In this document: one piece after another, positions 1 through 7,923 of the stretch | Layout of the letters: the number at the start of each line of letters is the position of its first letter | How positions within the stretch are numbered: position 1 is the stretch's first letter | NCBI RefSeq assembly: GCF_000008625.1 | Contig: NC_000918.1 | Location: 540,001-572,000, forward strand | DNA: 32,000 bases | DNA from: Aquifex aeolicus VF5 | Lineage (GTDB): Bacteria; Aquificota; Aquificia; Aquificales; Aquificaceae | Reading direction: 5' to 3' | The notes under the pieces: generated by a model | Told to the model about the DNA's origin: nothing | What the model saw: only the letters and a program-made list of their open reading frames with translations | Databases searched by the model: none | Made by a program: the position numbers and the translations under genes

Positions 1-865
1 CTAATTGAGAAAGAAGTCTTTCCACTTCTTCCTTTACCTTATTTGCAAGCTCTTCGGAGGGAGTGAGAAGTATGGACGCCGCGAGTTCGTCGTGCTCCGC
101 CTGAGAGAGCATGTCCGCGGCTACCCAAGTGGGGTTTGCCCTTTCGTCGGCTATAACGAGGACTTCGGAAGGTCCTGCAATCATGTCTATGTCAACGGTC
201 CCAAAGACGAGTTTTTTCGCAAGCGCCACGTATATATTTCCCGGACCCACTATCTTGTCAACCTTAGGTATTTTCTCCGTTCCGTAAGCTAGTGCACCTA
301 TCGCCTGAGCTCCGCCGACCTGAAAAACCCTGCTCACTCCCGCTATGTATGCTGCTGCTAAGGTGTACTTGTTCGGTTTTGGTGACACCATTATTATTTC
401 TTCCACTCCCGCCACGGATGCGGGCACCACGTTCATTAAAACTGTTGAGGGGTAAGCTGCTTTCCCGCCGGGAACGTAAACGCCCACTTTTTCTAAAGGA
501 ACTACCTTCTGACCGAGTATTATCCCCTCCTCTTCTTTGAAGAAGGAGTTTTCCAATTGTTTTTCGTGGAATACCCTGATCCTGTTTTCTGCAAACTCAA
601 GGGCTTCCCTCACTTCAGGTTCTATTTCTTCGTAAGCTTTTTCAAGTTCCTCAAAGGGAACTTCCATGTTCTCGGGTGTCAATTCTACTCCGTCAAACTT
701 TTTCGTGAACTCTATAACAGCCCTGTCCCCCTCTTCCCTTACCCTTTTCAGAATTTCCTTTACGCTCTTTTCGTACTCCTCTTCCAGTATCTCTCCCCTC
801 TTTGCGAGGTACTCAAGCCTCTCGTTGAGTTTCCAGTCTTCCTTTCTCAGGTCCTCAATCCTCAT
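1..865 (-). CDS. hisD: histidinol dehydrogenase, N-terminal ~288 codons (gene continues past the left edge of the window)
   Basis: Absent from the ORF track because it is open at the window edge. Minus-strand translation from ATG 865-863 reads MRIEDLRKEDWKLNERLEYLAKRGE...VGVYVPGGKAAYPSTVLMNVVPA...IVGPGNIYVALAKK...DMIAGPSEVLVIAD...SQAEHDE. These are classic HisD motifs. The + strand ORFs at 5-1028 are antisense artefacts of this gene. Confidence 0.9.
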   Translation of the reverse strand, partial: MRIEDLRKEDWKLNERLEYLAKRGEILEEEYEKSVKEILKRVREEGDRAVIEFTKKFDGVELTPENMEVPFEELEKAYEEIEPEVREALEFAENRIRVFHEKQLENSFFKEEEGIILGQKVVPLEKVGVYVPGGKAAYPSTVLMNVVPASVAGVEEIIMVSPKPNKYTLAAAYIAGVSRVFQVGGAQAIGALAYGTEKIPKVDKIVGPGNIYVALAKKLVFGTVDIDMIAGPSEVLVIADERANPTWVAADMLSQAEHDELAASILLTPSEELANKVKEEVERLLSQL

Positions 866-875
866 AATATGGATT

Positions 876-1307
876 TTAAGGTTTAATTACTGCAAGGTAA
901 ACGAGGAAAAGAGAAACGATTACAACAACGGGAAAAGCGACGTAATTAAACCTGTCGTAAACGGAGTAAGCCTTTTCACCTCTCTTTGGAACGTAAAAGT
1001 TGACCAAGTAGAAGTTTATAACCTCTAAGGGAAGTATTACGAGGAAAACCAAATACATCTTAAGCCTTAACCATTCGGGAATATTGCCTAAAAGCTTTAC
1101 CATGTAAAGTCCAGAAATCAGTGCTGTAAAAAAGCCAAGTATTTCCAAGTTTGTGAGTATTCTGTAAAACTTTCTCAGCTCTTTCTTATTACAACCCGTT
1201 TCCTTATAGTTTGCGTATTCCATGAATATCCCGAATGAAGCGGAAGAAGAAGCCCAAATAAACAGCCCGATTAAGTGTAAGAACTTTGCCTCTAGGTAAT
1301 CAATCAT
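876..1307 (-). CDS. small integral membrane protein, about 4 TM helices, unknown function
   Basis: The track ORF is 876-1319, starting at a GTG. I prefer the ATG at 1307-1305 because it forms an ATGA overlap with the TGA stop (1306-1304) of the upstream RND gene. There are four hydrophobic stretches (FLHLIGLFIWASS..., ILGFFTALISGLYMV, MYLVFLVILPLEVINFYLV, VAFPVVVIVSLFLVYLAVI). I recognise no family. Confidence 0.6.
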   Translation of the reverse strand: MIDYLEAKFLHLIGLFIWASSSASFGIFMEYANYKETGCNKKELRKFYRILTNLEILGFFTALISGLYMVKLLGNIPEWLRLKMYLVFLVILPLEVINFYLVNFYVPKRGEKAYSVYDRFNYVAFPVVVIVSLFLVYLAVIKP

Positions 1308-4306
1308 TTCCTTTTCCACTCCATTAGCTCGTAAAGAACGGGGAGTAAGAATAAACTCAGAGGAAGTCCCGAGGCTATACCGCCTATTACCGCTATCGCA
1401 AGGGGTTTTCTCTGTTCGGAGCCCGCGGTAAGCCCGAGAGCGACGGGAAGGAGTGCGGAAACCACGGTTATCGTTGTCATGAGTATAGGACGGAGTCTCT
1501 CACGCCTAGCTTCAAGAATAGCCTCCCTTACCGCGTAGCCCTCTTTTCTTAGCTGTATTATCCTCTCTATAAAGAGAACCGCGTCCCTCACTATAATTCC
1601 CACGAGGAGTATTATCCCGAAGTAAGAAGAGACGTTCAGGGAGGTGTCCGTCAAGTACATAAACCCAAAAACTCCGAGGGCGCTTAAAGGAACCATTAAA
1701 AGAACGGTAAAGGGGTGCTTTAGACTCTCAAAGAGGGAGGCCAGTATCATATAAACGCCTATTAAGGACATAGCCAAAGAGAGCACAAAGCCCGAAAAGG
1801 CTTTCTTGAACTCCTTTACCCTTCCAGCGGTGTCGTAAGTGTAGCCAAAGGGCAGGTTTTTCTTTAGCCAGTCTTCCACAAGAGACCTCGCGGTCGCAAG
1901 GTCAATCCCCTCCAGATTTGCGTAAAACACGAAGGAGTACTGCCTGTTGTACCTGGTTAGACTGAAAGGTCCTGCTTCAATTGAGAAGTCTATTAGTTCC
2001 GTTATGGGAATAAGTTCTCCGTTTCTTGCCCTGATGTAAACTCTGTTTAAGTTATGTATTTCCTTTACGAAGTCTTCTTCGGCTTTTATATAGAAGTCAT
2101 AACTCTCTGAGCCGAGCTCATACGTTCCCACCCTGTACTTTCCAAAGAGAAGGGAGAGAGTAAGTCCAAGGTCTTCCACCGAAACACCCAGGTGTGAGAG
2201 CTTTTCCCTCTTTACACTTATCTTTACATAGGGGGCGCTGAGCTCAAGGCTAGTGTCCACGTCCCTGAAACCTTCAACGTTTGAAAAGTGCTCTTCCATG
2301 CTTTTCGCTATCTTTTTCAGAACTTCGATCCTCTCACCCCTTACAATATATTGAAGGTCCGTAGTTCTTCCCGCACTCGCACCTATACCATGGGGAGGTT
2401 CAACGCTGACTTTTACGTTCTTTAGTTCGGAAAGCTCCCTTCTCACTTCACTCATAACGACCATCTGGTGAGGTCTTTGAGAACGTTCTTTGAGGTAAAC
2501 GAAGAAGAGTCCGCTGTGAACACCCGCACCTCCCACTCCTTCTCCGACCACCATTCCCACCTTTGCGATATGCGGGTTTTTAAGGAGAATCCTCTCCACT
2601 TCCTTCGCTTTTTCTTTTACGCGTTCAAAGGAAGTCCCCACGGGCATCCTCATCCTCACCATAAATCTTCCCTCGTCAACGTGGGGAACGAACTCCTTCT
2701 TTACCTTAGGAAATAGGTAAACGCTCAGCCCAACAAAGAAGAAGGAAAGGAGAAGGACTATAAACTTGTGGTCAAGGGAAAACCTGAGAGCTTTGTCAAA
2801 GGATCCCTCAAACCTTTTGTAGAGTTTCATAAAGAAGTTCTCCCTCGGTCTTTGGGTAATGAGCCTCACCGTGGCGGAGGGTGTGAAGGTAATCGCAACC
2901 AGGTAAGAGAGACCGATAGCTATTATAAGCGTCAGGGCGAAATTCTTTAAAAAGGTTCCGAGAACACCTTTCAAGAAGACAACAGGCAGGAATACCACGA
3001 TAAGGACGGAAGTTGAGGCAAGGAGTGCAAACATAACCACTCTCGTTCCCTTAACGCCCGCCTCAAAGGGAGGAAGACCCTCTTCCCGCCTTCTGTGTAT
3101 GCTTTCCATAACGACTATGGCATCGTCTATGACTATACCCACCGCTACCGCAAGGGCAAGGAGAGTTATCGTGTTCAGAGAGTAGCCGAGCTGATAGAGA
3201 AAGAAAATGGTTCCAAGAATCGTTACGGGAATTGCGAAGACGGGAACGAGTGTAAGGCGAAGGTTTCCAAGGAAAAGGTAAACGGTAAACGCGGTGAGGA
3301 AAACCCCGATAATTATCTCCTCAAAGGCTGCCCTTATGCTCTCCTTTACGTAAACGCTCGCATCAAAGGTGTAATCAAGTTTTATATCAGGAGGAAGGAG
3401 TTCCCTGAAAAACTCCATTCTGGACTTTATCTCATCAATTACCCTTACCGTGTTTACCTTAGCCTGTTTGAACACCAGAAGCGCCACCGCCCTATTTCCG
3501 TTAAACCTCGCAAGACTCCTCTCCTCGTCCTCACCGAAGTATACCCTCGCCACGTCCCCCAATCTCAGGTTTTCCTTGATGTAGAGGTTGGAGAGTTCTT
3601 CGGGCGTTTTAAACTTTCCGTAGAGTCTCAGTATATACTCCCTCCTCTTTCCGTAAACGTTTCCCGCGGGAATATCCTGATGGTTTTTGTCAATTTCCCT
3701 AAGGACATCCAGAGGAGTGAGCTCGTAGCCGTAAAGCTCCGATACCTTCAACCGAACCCAGAGGACGTTATCCCTGAAACCTCCGAGACTTACCGAACCC
3801 ACTCCGTAGAGTTTTTCAAGTTCTCTCTTTATTACCTTGTCCGCGTAGTAGGTGAGTCTTTGGTAATCCGCCGTGTCCGAGTAAAGGAGTAAAACCATTA
3901 TGGGAGCAACAGAAGTGTCCACCTTTACAACGGTAGGTGGCTCAACGCCTTTGGGAAACCTCCTCATAGCCCTTTGGATAGCGTTGCTCACTTCCTGAGT
4001 TGCCACGTCTATGTCCTTGTCAAGGGTAAAGGTAACCACGACACTGGCAAATCCTGGATAACTCCTTGAGATTATGCTCTCTATTCCACTTACCGTTGAT
4101 ACCGCCTCTTCTATTATCCTCGTTACGTTCGTGTCTACCACGTAAGGGTCCGCACCCGGATAATCCGCACTAATCCTGACTACGGGAAACTCAACATCGG
4201 GAAGCCTGTCTATAGGCACGAGCTTGAGGGAATAAAGCCCCAAAAAGACGAAGGAAAGCATAAGCATAAAAGCGGTAACAGGTCTTTCAATGAAGAATTT
4301 CTGCAT
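1304..4306 (-). CDS. RND-superfamily efflux permease (AcrB/AcrD/AcrF-like), 1000 aa
   Basis: The length is typical and the N-terminus is typical (MQKFFIERPVTAFMLMLSFVFLGLYSL...LPDVEFPVVRISADYPGADP). It has the duplicated 12-TM plus two large periplasmic loop architecture. The start is ATG at 4306-4304. Confidence 0.9.
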   Translation of the reverse strand: MQKFFIERPVTAFMLMLSFVFLGLYSLKLVPIDRLPDVEFPVVRISADYPGADPYVVDTNVTRIIEEAVSTVSGIESIISRSYPGFASVVVTFTLDKDIDVATQEVSNAIQRAMRRFPKGVEPPTVVKVDTSVAPIMVLLLYSDTADYQRLTYYADKVIKRELEKLYGVGSVSLGGFRDNVLWVRLKVSELYGYELTPLDVLREIDKNHQDIPAGNVYGKRREYILRLYGKFKTPEELSNLYIKENLRLGDVARVYFGEDEERSLARFNGNRAVALLVFKQAKVNTVRVIDEIKSRMEFFRELLPPDIKLDYTFDASVYVKESIRAAFEEIIIGVFLTAFTVYLFLGNLRLTLVPVFAIPVTILGTIFFLYQLGYSLNTITLLALAVAVGIVIDDAIVVMESIHRRREEGLPPFEAGVKGTRVVMFALLASTSVLIVVFLPVVFLKGVLGTFLKNFALTLIIAIGLSYLVAITFTPSATVRLITQRPRENFFMKLYKRFEGSFDKALRFSLDHKFIVLLLSFFFVGLSVYLFPKVKKEFVPHVDEGRFMVRMRMPVGTSFERVKEKAKEVERILLKNPHIAKVGMVVGEGVGGAGVHSGLFFVYLKERSQRPHQMVVMSEVRRELSELKNVKVSVEPPHGIGASAGRTTDLQYIVRGERIEVLKKIAKSMEEHFSNVEGFRDVDTSLELSAPYVKISVKREKLSHLGVSVEDLGLTLSLLFGKYRVGTYELGSESYDFYIKAEEDFVKEIHNLNRVYIRARNGELIPITELIDFSIEAGPFSLTRYNRQYSFVFYANLEGIDLATARSLVEDWLKKNLPFGYTYDTAGRVKEFKKAFSGFVLSLAMSLIGVYMILASLFESLKHPFTVLLMVPLSALGVFGFMYLTDTSLNVSSYFGIILLVGIIVRDAVLFIERIIQLRKEGYAVREAILEARRERLRPILMTTITVVSALLPVALGLTAGSEQRKPLAIAVIGGIASGLPLSLFLLPVLYELMEWKRK

Positions 4307-4375
4307 TTACTTAATTATCCTTTAATTTATTTTTATTATGTAGTGGGTTAGAATATACTAACCGGAGGTGGAAAG

Positions 4376-5545
4376 ATGGCAAAAGTTCTCGTTCTCGGTG
4401 GCGGAATAGGAGGAACTGAAGCTGCGATAGCCCTTAGGAAAGAAGGCTTTGAGGTTAGCTTGGTTTCTGATAAACCCTACCTTTACATATATCCCATATC
4501 TATATGGATACCTACTGGCGAGGCAAAGTTCGAGGACGTTATAATCCCCCTCGATAAGTTCGCCAGAAGGTGGGGAGTAAATCTTATAATTGATAGAGTA
4601 GAAAAAATAGACGCTCAGAATAAAAAGGTACACCTAAAGAGCGGTAAGGTTCTGGAAGACTTTGATTACTTAGTCGTTGCCCTTGGACAGACTAAAAGAA
4701 AGGAAAAGGGACTGGAAAACACTCTATCCATATGCGGAAGCCCTGAAGAGGCTCTGAAGATAAGGGACAGACTCGTTGAATTAATAGCGAAAGGAGAAGG
4801 GAAAATTGCCTTCGGCTTTGGAGGAAACCCTAAGGACAAAACCGCGGTGAGAGGAAGACCCGTGTTTGAAGTGCTATTTAACGTGGATTACCACCTTTCC
4901 AGACTCGGCATCAGGGACAGGTTTGAGCTTACCTTCTTCGCTCCAATGCCTAAACCCGGGGAAAGACTCGGAGAAAAAGCCCTCAAGATGCTCGACCAGA
5001 TGTTCCAAAAGTACGGCATCAAGAAAATTACGGGTAAGAAGATAAAGGAATTTAAAGAAAACGGAGTGCTCTTTGAAGACGACACGTTCCTGGAATCGGA
5101 CCTCATAATTTACACTCCCGCGGGATGGGGAAATCCCGTATTCGCGGACTCAGGCTTTCCTTTAAATGAGGCTGGATTTATAAAGATAGAGGAAACGTGT
5201 CAGGTGGTAGGGTACGAGTGGGCTTACGCGATAGGAGACTCGGCTGCGATAGAAGGTCCTCCTTGGACCGCAAAGCAGGGACACCTTGCCGAGGTTATGG
5301 GACACATAACCGCACATAACATAGCGGTAAAAGAAGGAAAAAAGAGCGGAGAACTGAAGTCCTACAAAGAGCACATAAACATCTTGTGTCTCATGGACAT
5401 GGGCTGGAGAGGTGGAGGATTCGCTTACAGAAGCGACAAGAGGGCTATGCTAATCCCAATACCTGTCCTCGGTCATATCATGAAAAAGGCTTGGGGAGTT
5501 TACTATAAACTGTACAAGCTGGGCAAAATTCCTAAAATTATTTAG
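4376..5545 (+). CDS. FAD-dependent pyridine-nucleotide-disulfide oxidoreductase, sulfide:quinone oxidoreductase (SQR)-like paralog
   Basis: It has an N-terminal Rossmann GxGxxG (VLVLGGGIGGTEAA) and an AIGD flavin motif. Overall collinearity with SQR/NDH-2-type flavoproteins is clear (SDKPY..., TLSICGSPEEAL, NILCLMDMG). The C-terminus is amphipathic (KKAWGVYYKLYKLGKIPKII). A strong SD (GGAGGTGG) lies 5 nt upstream of the ATG. Confidence 0.8.
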   Translation: MAKVLVLGGGIGGTEAAIALRKEGFEVSLVSDKPYLYIYPISIWIPTGEAKFEDVIIPLDKFARRWGVNLIIDRVEKIDAQNKKVHLKSGKVLEDFDYLVVALGQTKRKEKGLENTLSICGSPEEALKIRDRLVELIAKGEGKIAFGFGGNPKDKTAVRGRPVFEVLFNVDYHLSRLGIRDRFELTFFAPMPKPGERLGEKALKMLDQMFQKYGIKKITGKKIKEFKENGVLFEDDTFLESDLIIYTPAGWGNPVFADSGFPLNEAGFIKIEETCQVVGYEWAYAIGDSAAIEGPPWTAKQGHLAEVMGHITAHNIAVKEGKKSGELKSYKEHINILCLMDMGWRGGGFAYRSDKRAMLIPIPVLGHIMKKAWGVYYKLYKLGKIPKII

Positions 5546-5562
5546 AGGCCCGGAGGAGTTTT

Positions 5563-6648
5563 ATGAAAACACTTTCCGTGGAGAGGATAAAGGAAAAGGT
5601 TATAAATGGGGAGAGAATTTACCCTGAAGAAGCCCTCTACCTTTGGGAAAACGCCGACTTTGTAACCTTAGGAAACCTCGCAAACTTTGTGAGGAAGAAG
5701 TTCCATCCCGATGACATAGTCACCTTCGTTGTGGACAGAAATGTAAATTACACAAATGTCTGCATAGCCGGGTGCAAGTTCTGCGCCTTTTACAGGAGAA
5801 AGTCCGACGAAGATGCCTACGTTCTGGATATGGATACGATACTTCAGAAGGTAAAGGAACTCGTGGAGTGGGGCGGGACGACGCTCCTCATGCAGGGAGG
5901 AATTAATCCGGACCTCCCCCTTGAGTTCTACGAGGACATGATTTCTCAGATAAAGAAACACTTTCCGCAGGTTCAGATACACTGCTTTTCCGCCCCAGAA
6001 ATAGTTTACCTTTCCAAGAAGGAAAAACTCCCAATAGAAGAAGTTATAAGGAGGCTCAAAAAAGCAGGACTCATGTCCATACCCGGCGGAGGAGCGGAAA
6101 TACTTTCTCAGGAGGTAAGAGACAAGATAAGCCCCGGAAAGTGTACCGTAGAAGAGTGGGAAGAAGTTCACAGAACGGCTCACAGGCTCGGCATGACCAC
6201 AACCGCTACGATGATGTTCGGACACGTAGAAAGCATTGAACACATAATTGAACACCTTGAGAGAGTAAGGAAGATACAGGATGAGACGGGAGGATTTACC
6301 GCCTTTATCCCGTGGACCTTCAAGAAGGGAAACACTGAACTTGACTTCGTGGAAGAAGCTACACCCACATACTACCTAAAAGTTCTGGCACTCTCAAGAA
6401 TATACCTTGACAACTTTAAAAACATTCAAAGTTCCCACGTTACACAGACTATGCAAATCGGACTCATAGGACTTCACTTCGGGGCTAACGACCTTGGAAG
6501 CGTGATGATAGAGGAAAACGTTATATCTTCCACAAACTTCAAGGTAAGGATACCGAAGGTAGAGGAAATGGTGAGGGCTATAAAATCCGCGGGCTTTATC
6601 CCCGCACAGAGGGACACCTACTACAACATTATTAAAGTCTTTCAATGA
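5563..6648 (+). CDS. radical-SAM menaquinone (futalosine pathway) enzyme, MqnE/MqnC (CofH/ThiH-like) family
   Basis: It carries the CxxxCxxC radical-SAM motif in the NYTNVCIAGCKFCAFYRR context. The N-terminal EEALYLWENADFVTLGNLANFVR and the GGGAEIL block are typical of MqnC/MqnE. I cannot separate MqnE from MqnC by eye. An SD (GGAGGAG) lies upstream. Confidence 0.8.
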   Translation: MKTLSVERIKEKVINGERIYPEEALYLWENADFVTLGNLANFVRKKFHPDDIVTFVVDRNVNYTNVCIAGCKFCAFYRRKSDEDAYVLDMDTILQKVKELVEWGGTTLLMQGGINPDLPLEFYEDMISQIKKHFPQVQIHCFSAPEIVYLSKKEKLPIEEVIRRLKKAGLMSIPGGGAEILSQEVRDKISPGKCTVEEWEEVHRTAHRLGMTTTATMMFGHVESIEHIIEHLERVRKIQDETGGFTAFIPWTFKKGNTELDFVEEATPTYYLKVLALSRIYLDNFKNIQSSHVTQTMQIGLIGLHFGANDLGSVMIEENVISSTNFKVRIPKVEEMVRAIKSAGFIPAQRDTYYNIIKVFQ

Positions 6649-7136
6649 AGAAAACTAAGTTCTCCTCCTACGAGGAATACAGGAATTACTTCAAAAGGTT
6701 AATAGACCTGGAGAGAAGGGCTCAAACGGAACTCCACCTGAAGGAGATTAAAACCTTAAGCGGTAAGGAAAGGGAAAAGAGGGGAAGGGCTATTTTGAAC
6801 TTGAGGGCAAAGTTCCTCGGAAGGGGGCTCGGAGGAGTTTACCTTGTGAGATACTCAAGACCTCAGGGACTCCCGAAAACGGAGATATCAACGGGAGATA
6901 TAGTTCTCGTGAGTAAAGGAAAGCCCACTGTCAAGGAAGTTCAGGGAACGGTAGCAGAAAAAACGAATTACTATTTGGTAGTTGCCTTCAGGGACAAACC
7001 CCCTCCCTATGCTCTCGGTAAAGACGTGAGAATAGACCTCTTTTCAAACGAGATAACCTTTAAGAGAATGGAGGAAGCCCTGAAAAATTTCAAGGAACAT
7101 CCCTTGAGGGACTTTATTCTTGGAAAAAAAGTTTAA
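6645..7136 (+). CDS. stand-alone Upf1/IGHMBP2(SMUBP-2)-type helicase N-terminal beta-barrel (1B) domain protein with no helicase core
   Basis: It forms an ATGA overlap with the upstream mqn gene. The sequence is collinear with the N-terminal about 170 aa of DNA2/NAM7 (Upf1-like) SF1 helicases: LIDLERRAQ..., LSGKEREKRGRAILNL, ISTGDIVLV, YLVVAFRD, SNEITFKRMEEALKNFKEH. The ORF stops exactly where the Walker-A RecA1 domain would begin. Confidence 0.6.
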   Translation: MKKTKFSSYEEYRNYFKRLIDLERRAQTELHLKEIKTLSGKEREKRGRAILNLRAKFLGRGLGGVYLVRYSRPQGLPKTEISTGDIVLVSKGKPTVKEVQGTVAEKTNYYLVVAFRDKPPPYALGKDVRIDLFSNEITFKRMEEALKNFKEHPLRDFILGKKV

Positions 7137-7160
7137 AATACTTAAAAGGAGGTGGAGAAA

Positions 7161-7661
7161 ATGAAGTTAAGATATGTATTTTTAAGTGCACTCGCACTAG
7201 GGATTTTCGCCTGCGAGCAACCACAAAAGAAAGAGGAAACAAAGAAGGAAGAGCCCAAGAAGGAAGCTGTAGCTCAAAAGCAGGAAGCTAAGAAAGAGGA
7301 GCAAAAGCCTCAAGAACAGCCAAAACAAGAGCAAAAGCAGGAAGTTAAGCAAGAAGAGCAAAAGCAAGTGGCTCAAGCCGGAGGAGCAGGCAACCCTGAA
7401 AAAGGAAAGGCAATCTTCCAGCAAAAGGGATGTGGTTTTTGCCACCAGCCGGCAGTGGACACCGTAGGTCCCTCTCTCAAGAAGATAGCTCAGGCTTACG
7501 CCGGTAAAGAGGACCAGCTCGTTAAGTTCTTAAAAGGTGAGGCTCCCGCAATAGTAGACCCTGCTAAGGAAGCAATAATGAAGCCTCAGCTCATGCAACT
7601 CAAAGGTCTTTCTGAACAAGAACTCAGAGACCTTGCAGCCTTTATAATGTCCCACAAGTAA
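7161..7661 (+). CDS. cycB: membrane-tethered mono-heme class I cytochrome c (cytochrome c555-type) with a long K/E/Q-rich linker
   Basis: It has a single CXXCH (CGFCH) followed by a distal Met region (IMKPQLMQL). The signal peptide ends in a lipobox-like IFAC. A roughly 54-residue low-complexity linker spans nt 7215-7376. I place the start at ATG 7161, 4 nt after the SD AAGGAGGTGG. The track start at 7152 is a GTG inside that SD. Confidence 0.85.
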   Translation: MKLRYVFLSALALGIFACEQPQKKEETKKEEPKKEAVAQKQEAKKEEQKPQEQPKQEQKQEVKQEEQKQVAQAGGAGNPEKGKAIFQQKGCGFCHQPAVDTVGPSLKKIAQAYAGKEDQLVKFLKGEAPAIVDPAKEAIMKPQLMQLKGLSEQELRDLAAFIMSHK

Positions 7662-7684
7662 TTCCTTTTCTCCTCTTTCCTTTG

Positions 7685-7714
7685 TATAATTTTCCTTTAT
7701 TCCATTTGAGGAGG
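7685..7714 (+). promoter_or_regulatory. candidate -10 (TATAAT, 7685-7690) plus SD (GAGGAGG, 7708-7714) for rpmI
   Basis: A perfect TATAAT is preceded by TG in the 58-bp spacer upstream of rpmI. A strong SD lies 5 nt before the ATG at 7720. I found no convincing -35. Confidence 0.3.
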
Positions 7715-7719
7715 TTGTT

Positions 7720-7923
7720 ATGGCAAAGGTTAAGATGAAGACTAACCGCTCAGCTGCGAAGAGGTTTAAGGTGACCGCTAAGGGTAAGATAAAGAGGTGG
7801 AAGTCCGGCGGTGCCCACTACAACACAAAGAAGTCCTCAAAAAGGAAGAGACACCTAAGAAAGCACACCTACGTTAAGGACAACATGCTCAAGCACGTCA
7901 AGGCACTCCTGAAGGAGTTTTAA
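7720..7923 (+). CDS. rpmI: 50S ribosomal protein L35
   Basis: [26 protein letters not shown]... is the canonical L35 N-terminus. The protein is 67 aa and highly basic. It is not flanked by infC or rplT here. Confidence 0.95.
   Translation: MAKVKMKTNRSAAKRFKVTAKGKIKRWKSGGAHYNTKKSSKRKRHLRKHTYVKDNMLKHVKALLKEF

Noticed and set aside
5-1028. Four + strand ORFs (5-292, 292-540, 557-886, 666-1028).
   Set aside because: They are antisense to the clearly recognisable hisD gene and the small membrane-protein gene. Their products are low-complexity F/L/S/P-rich.
1308-1319. A GTG start (1319) extending the small membrane protein by 4 codons into the RND gene.
   Set aside because: The ATG at 1307 gives the ATGA stop/start overlap used repeatedly elsewhere in this window. 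I cannot strictly exclude the GTG.
3095-3892. A long antisense ORF (265 aa) inside the RND gene, plus similar cases at 5668-6255, 10445-11135, 12863-13339, 17652-18104 and 22325-22861.
   Set aside because: Sense strands here are purine-rich (GAA/AAG/GAG codons), so the complementary strand is pyrimidine-rich and naturally depleted in stop codons. None has a start context, a recognisable motif or plausible composition.
7152-7160. A GTG start giving MEK-MKLRY for the cytochrome c gene.
   Set aside because: The GTG lies inside the SD sequence AAGGAGGTGG. The ATG at 7161 has ideal spacing and begins a normal signal peptide.
7215-7376. Repetitive AAG/GAA/CAA-rich DNA that could be mistaken for a tandem repeat or CRISPR-like array.
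   Set aside because: The repeats are short, imperfect and in-frame within a coding region (the cytochrome tether). There is no repeat-spacer periodicity.
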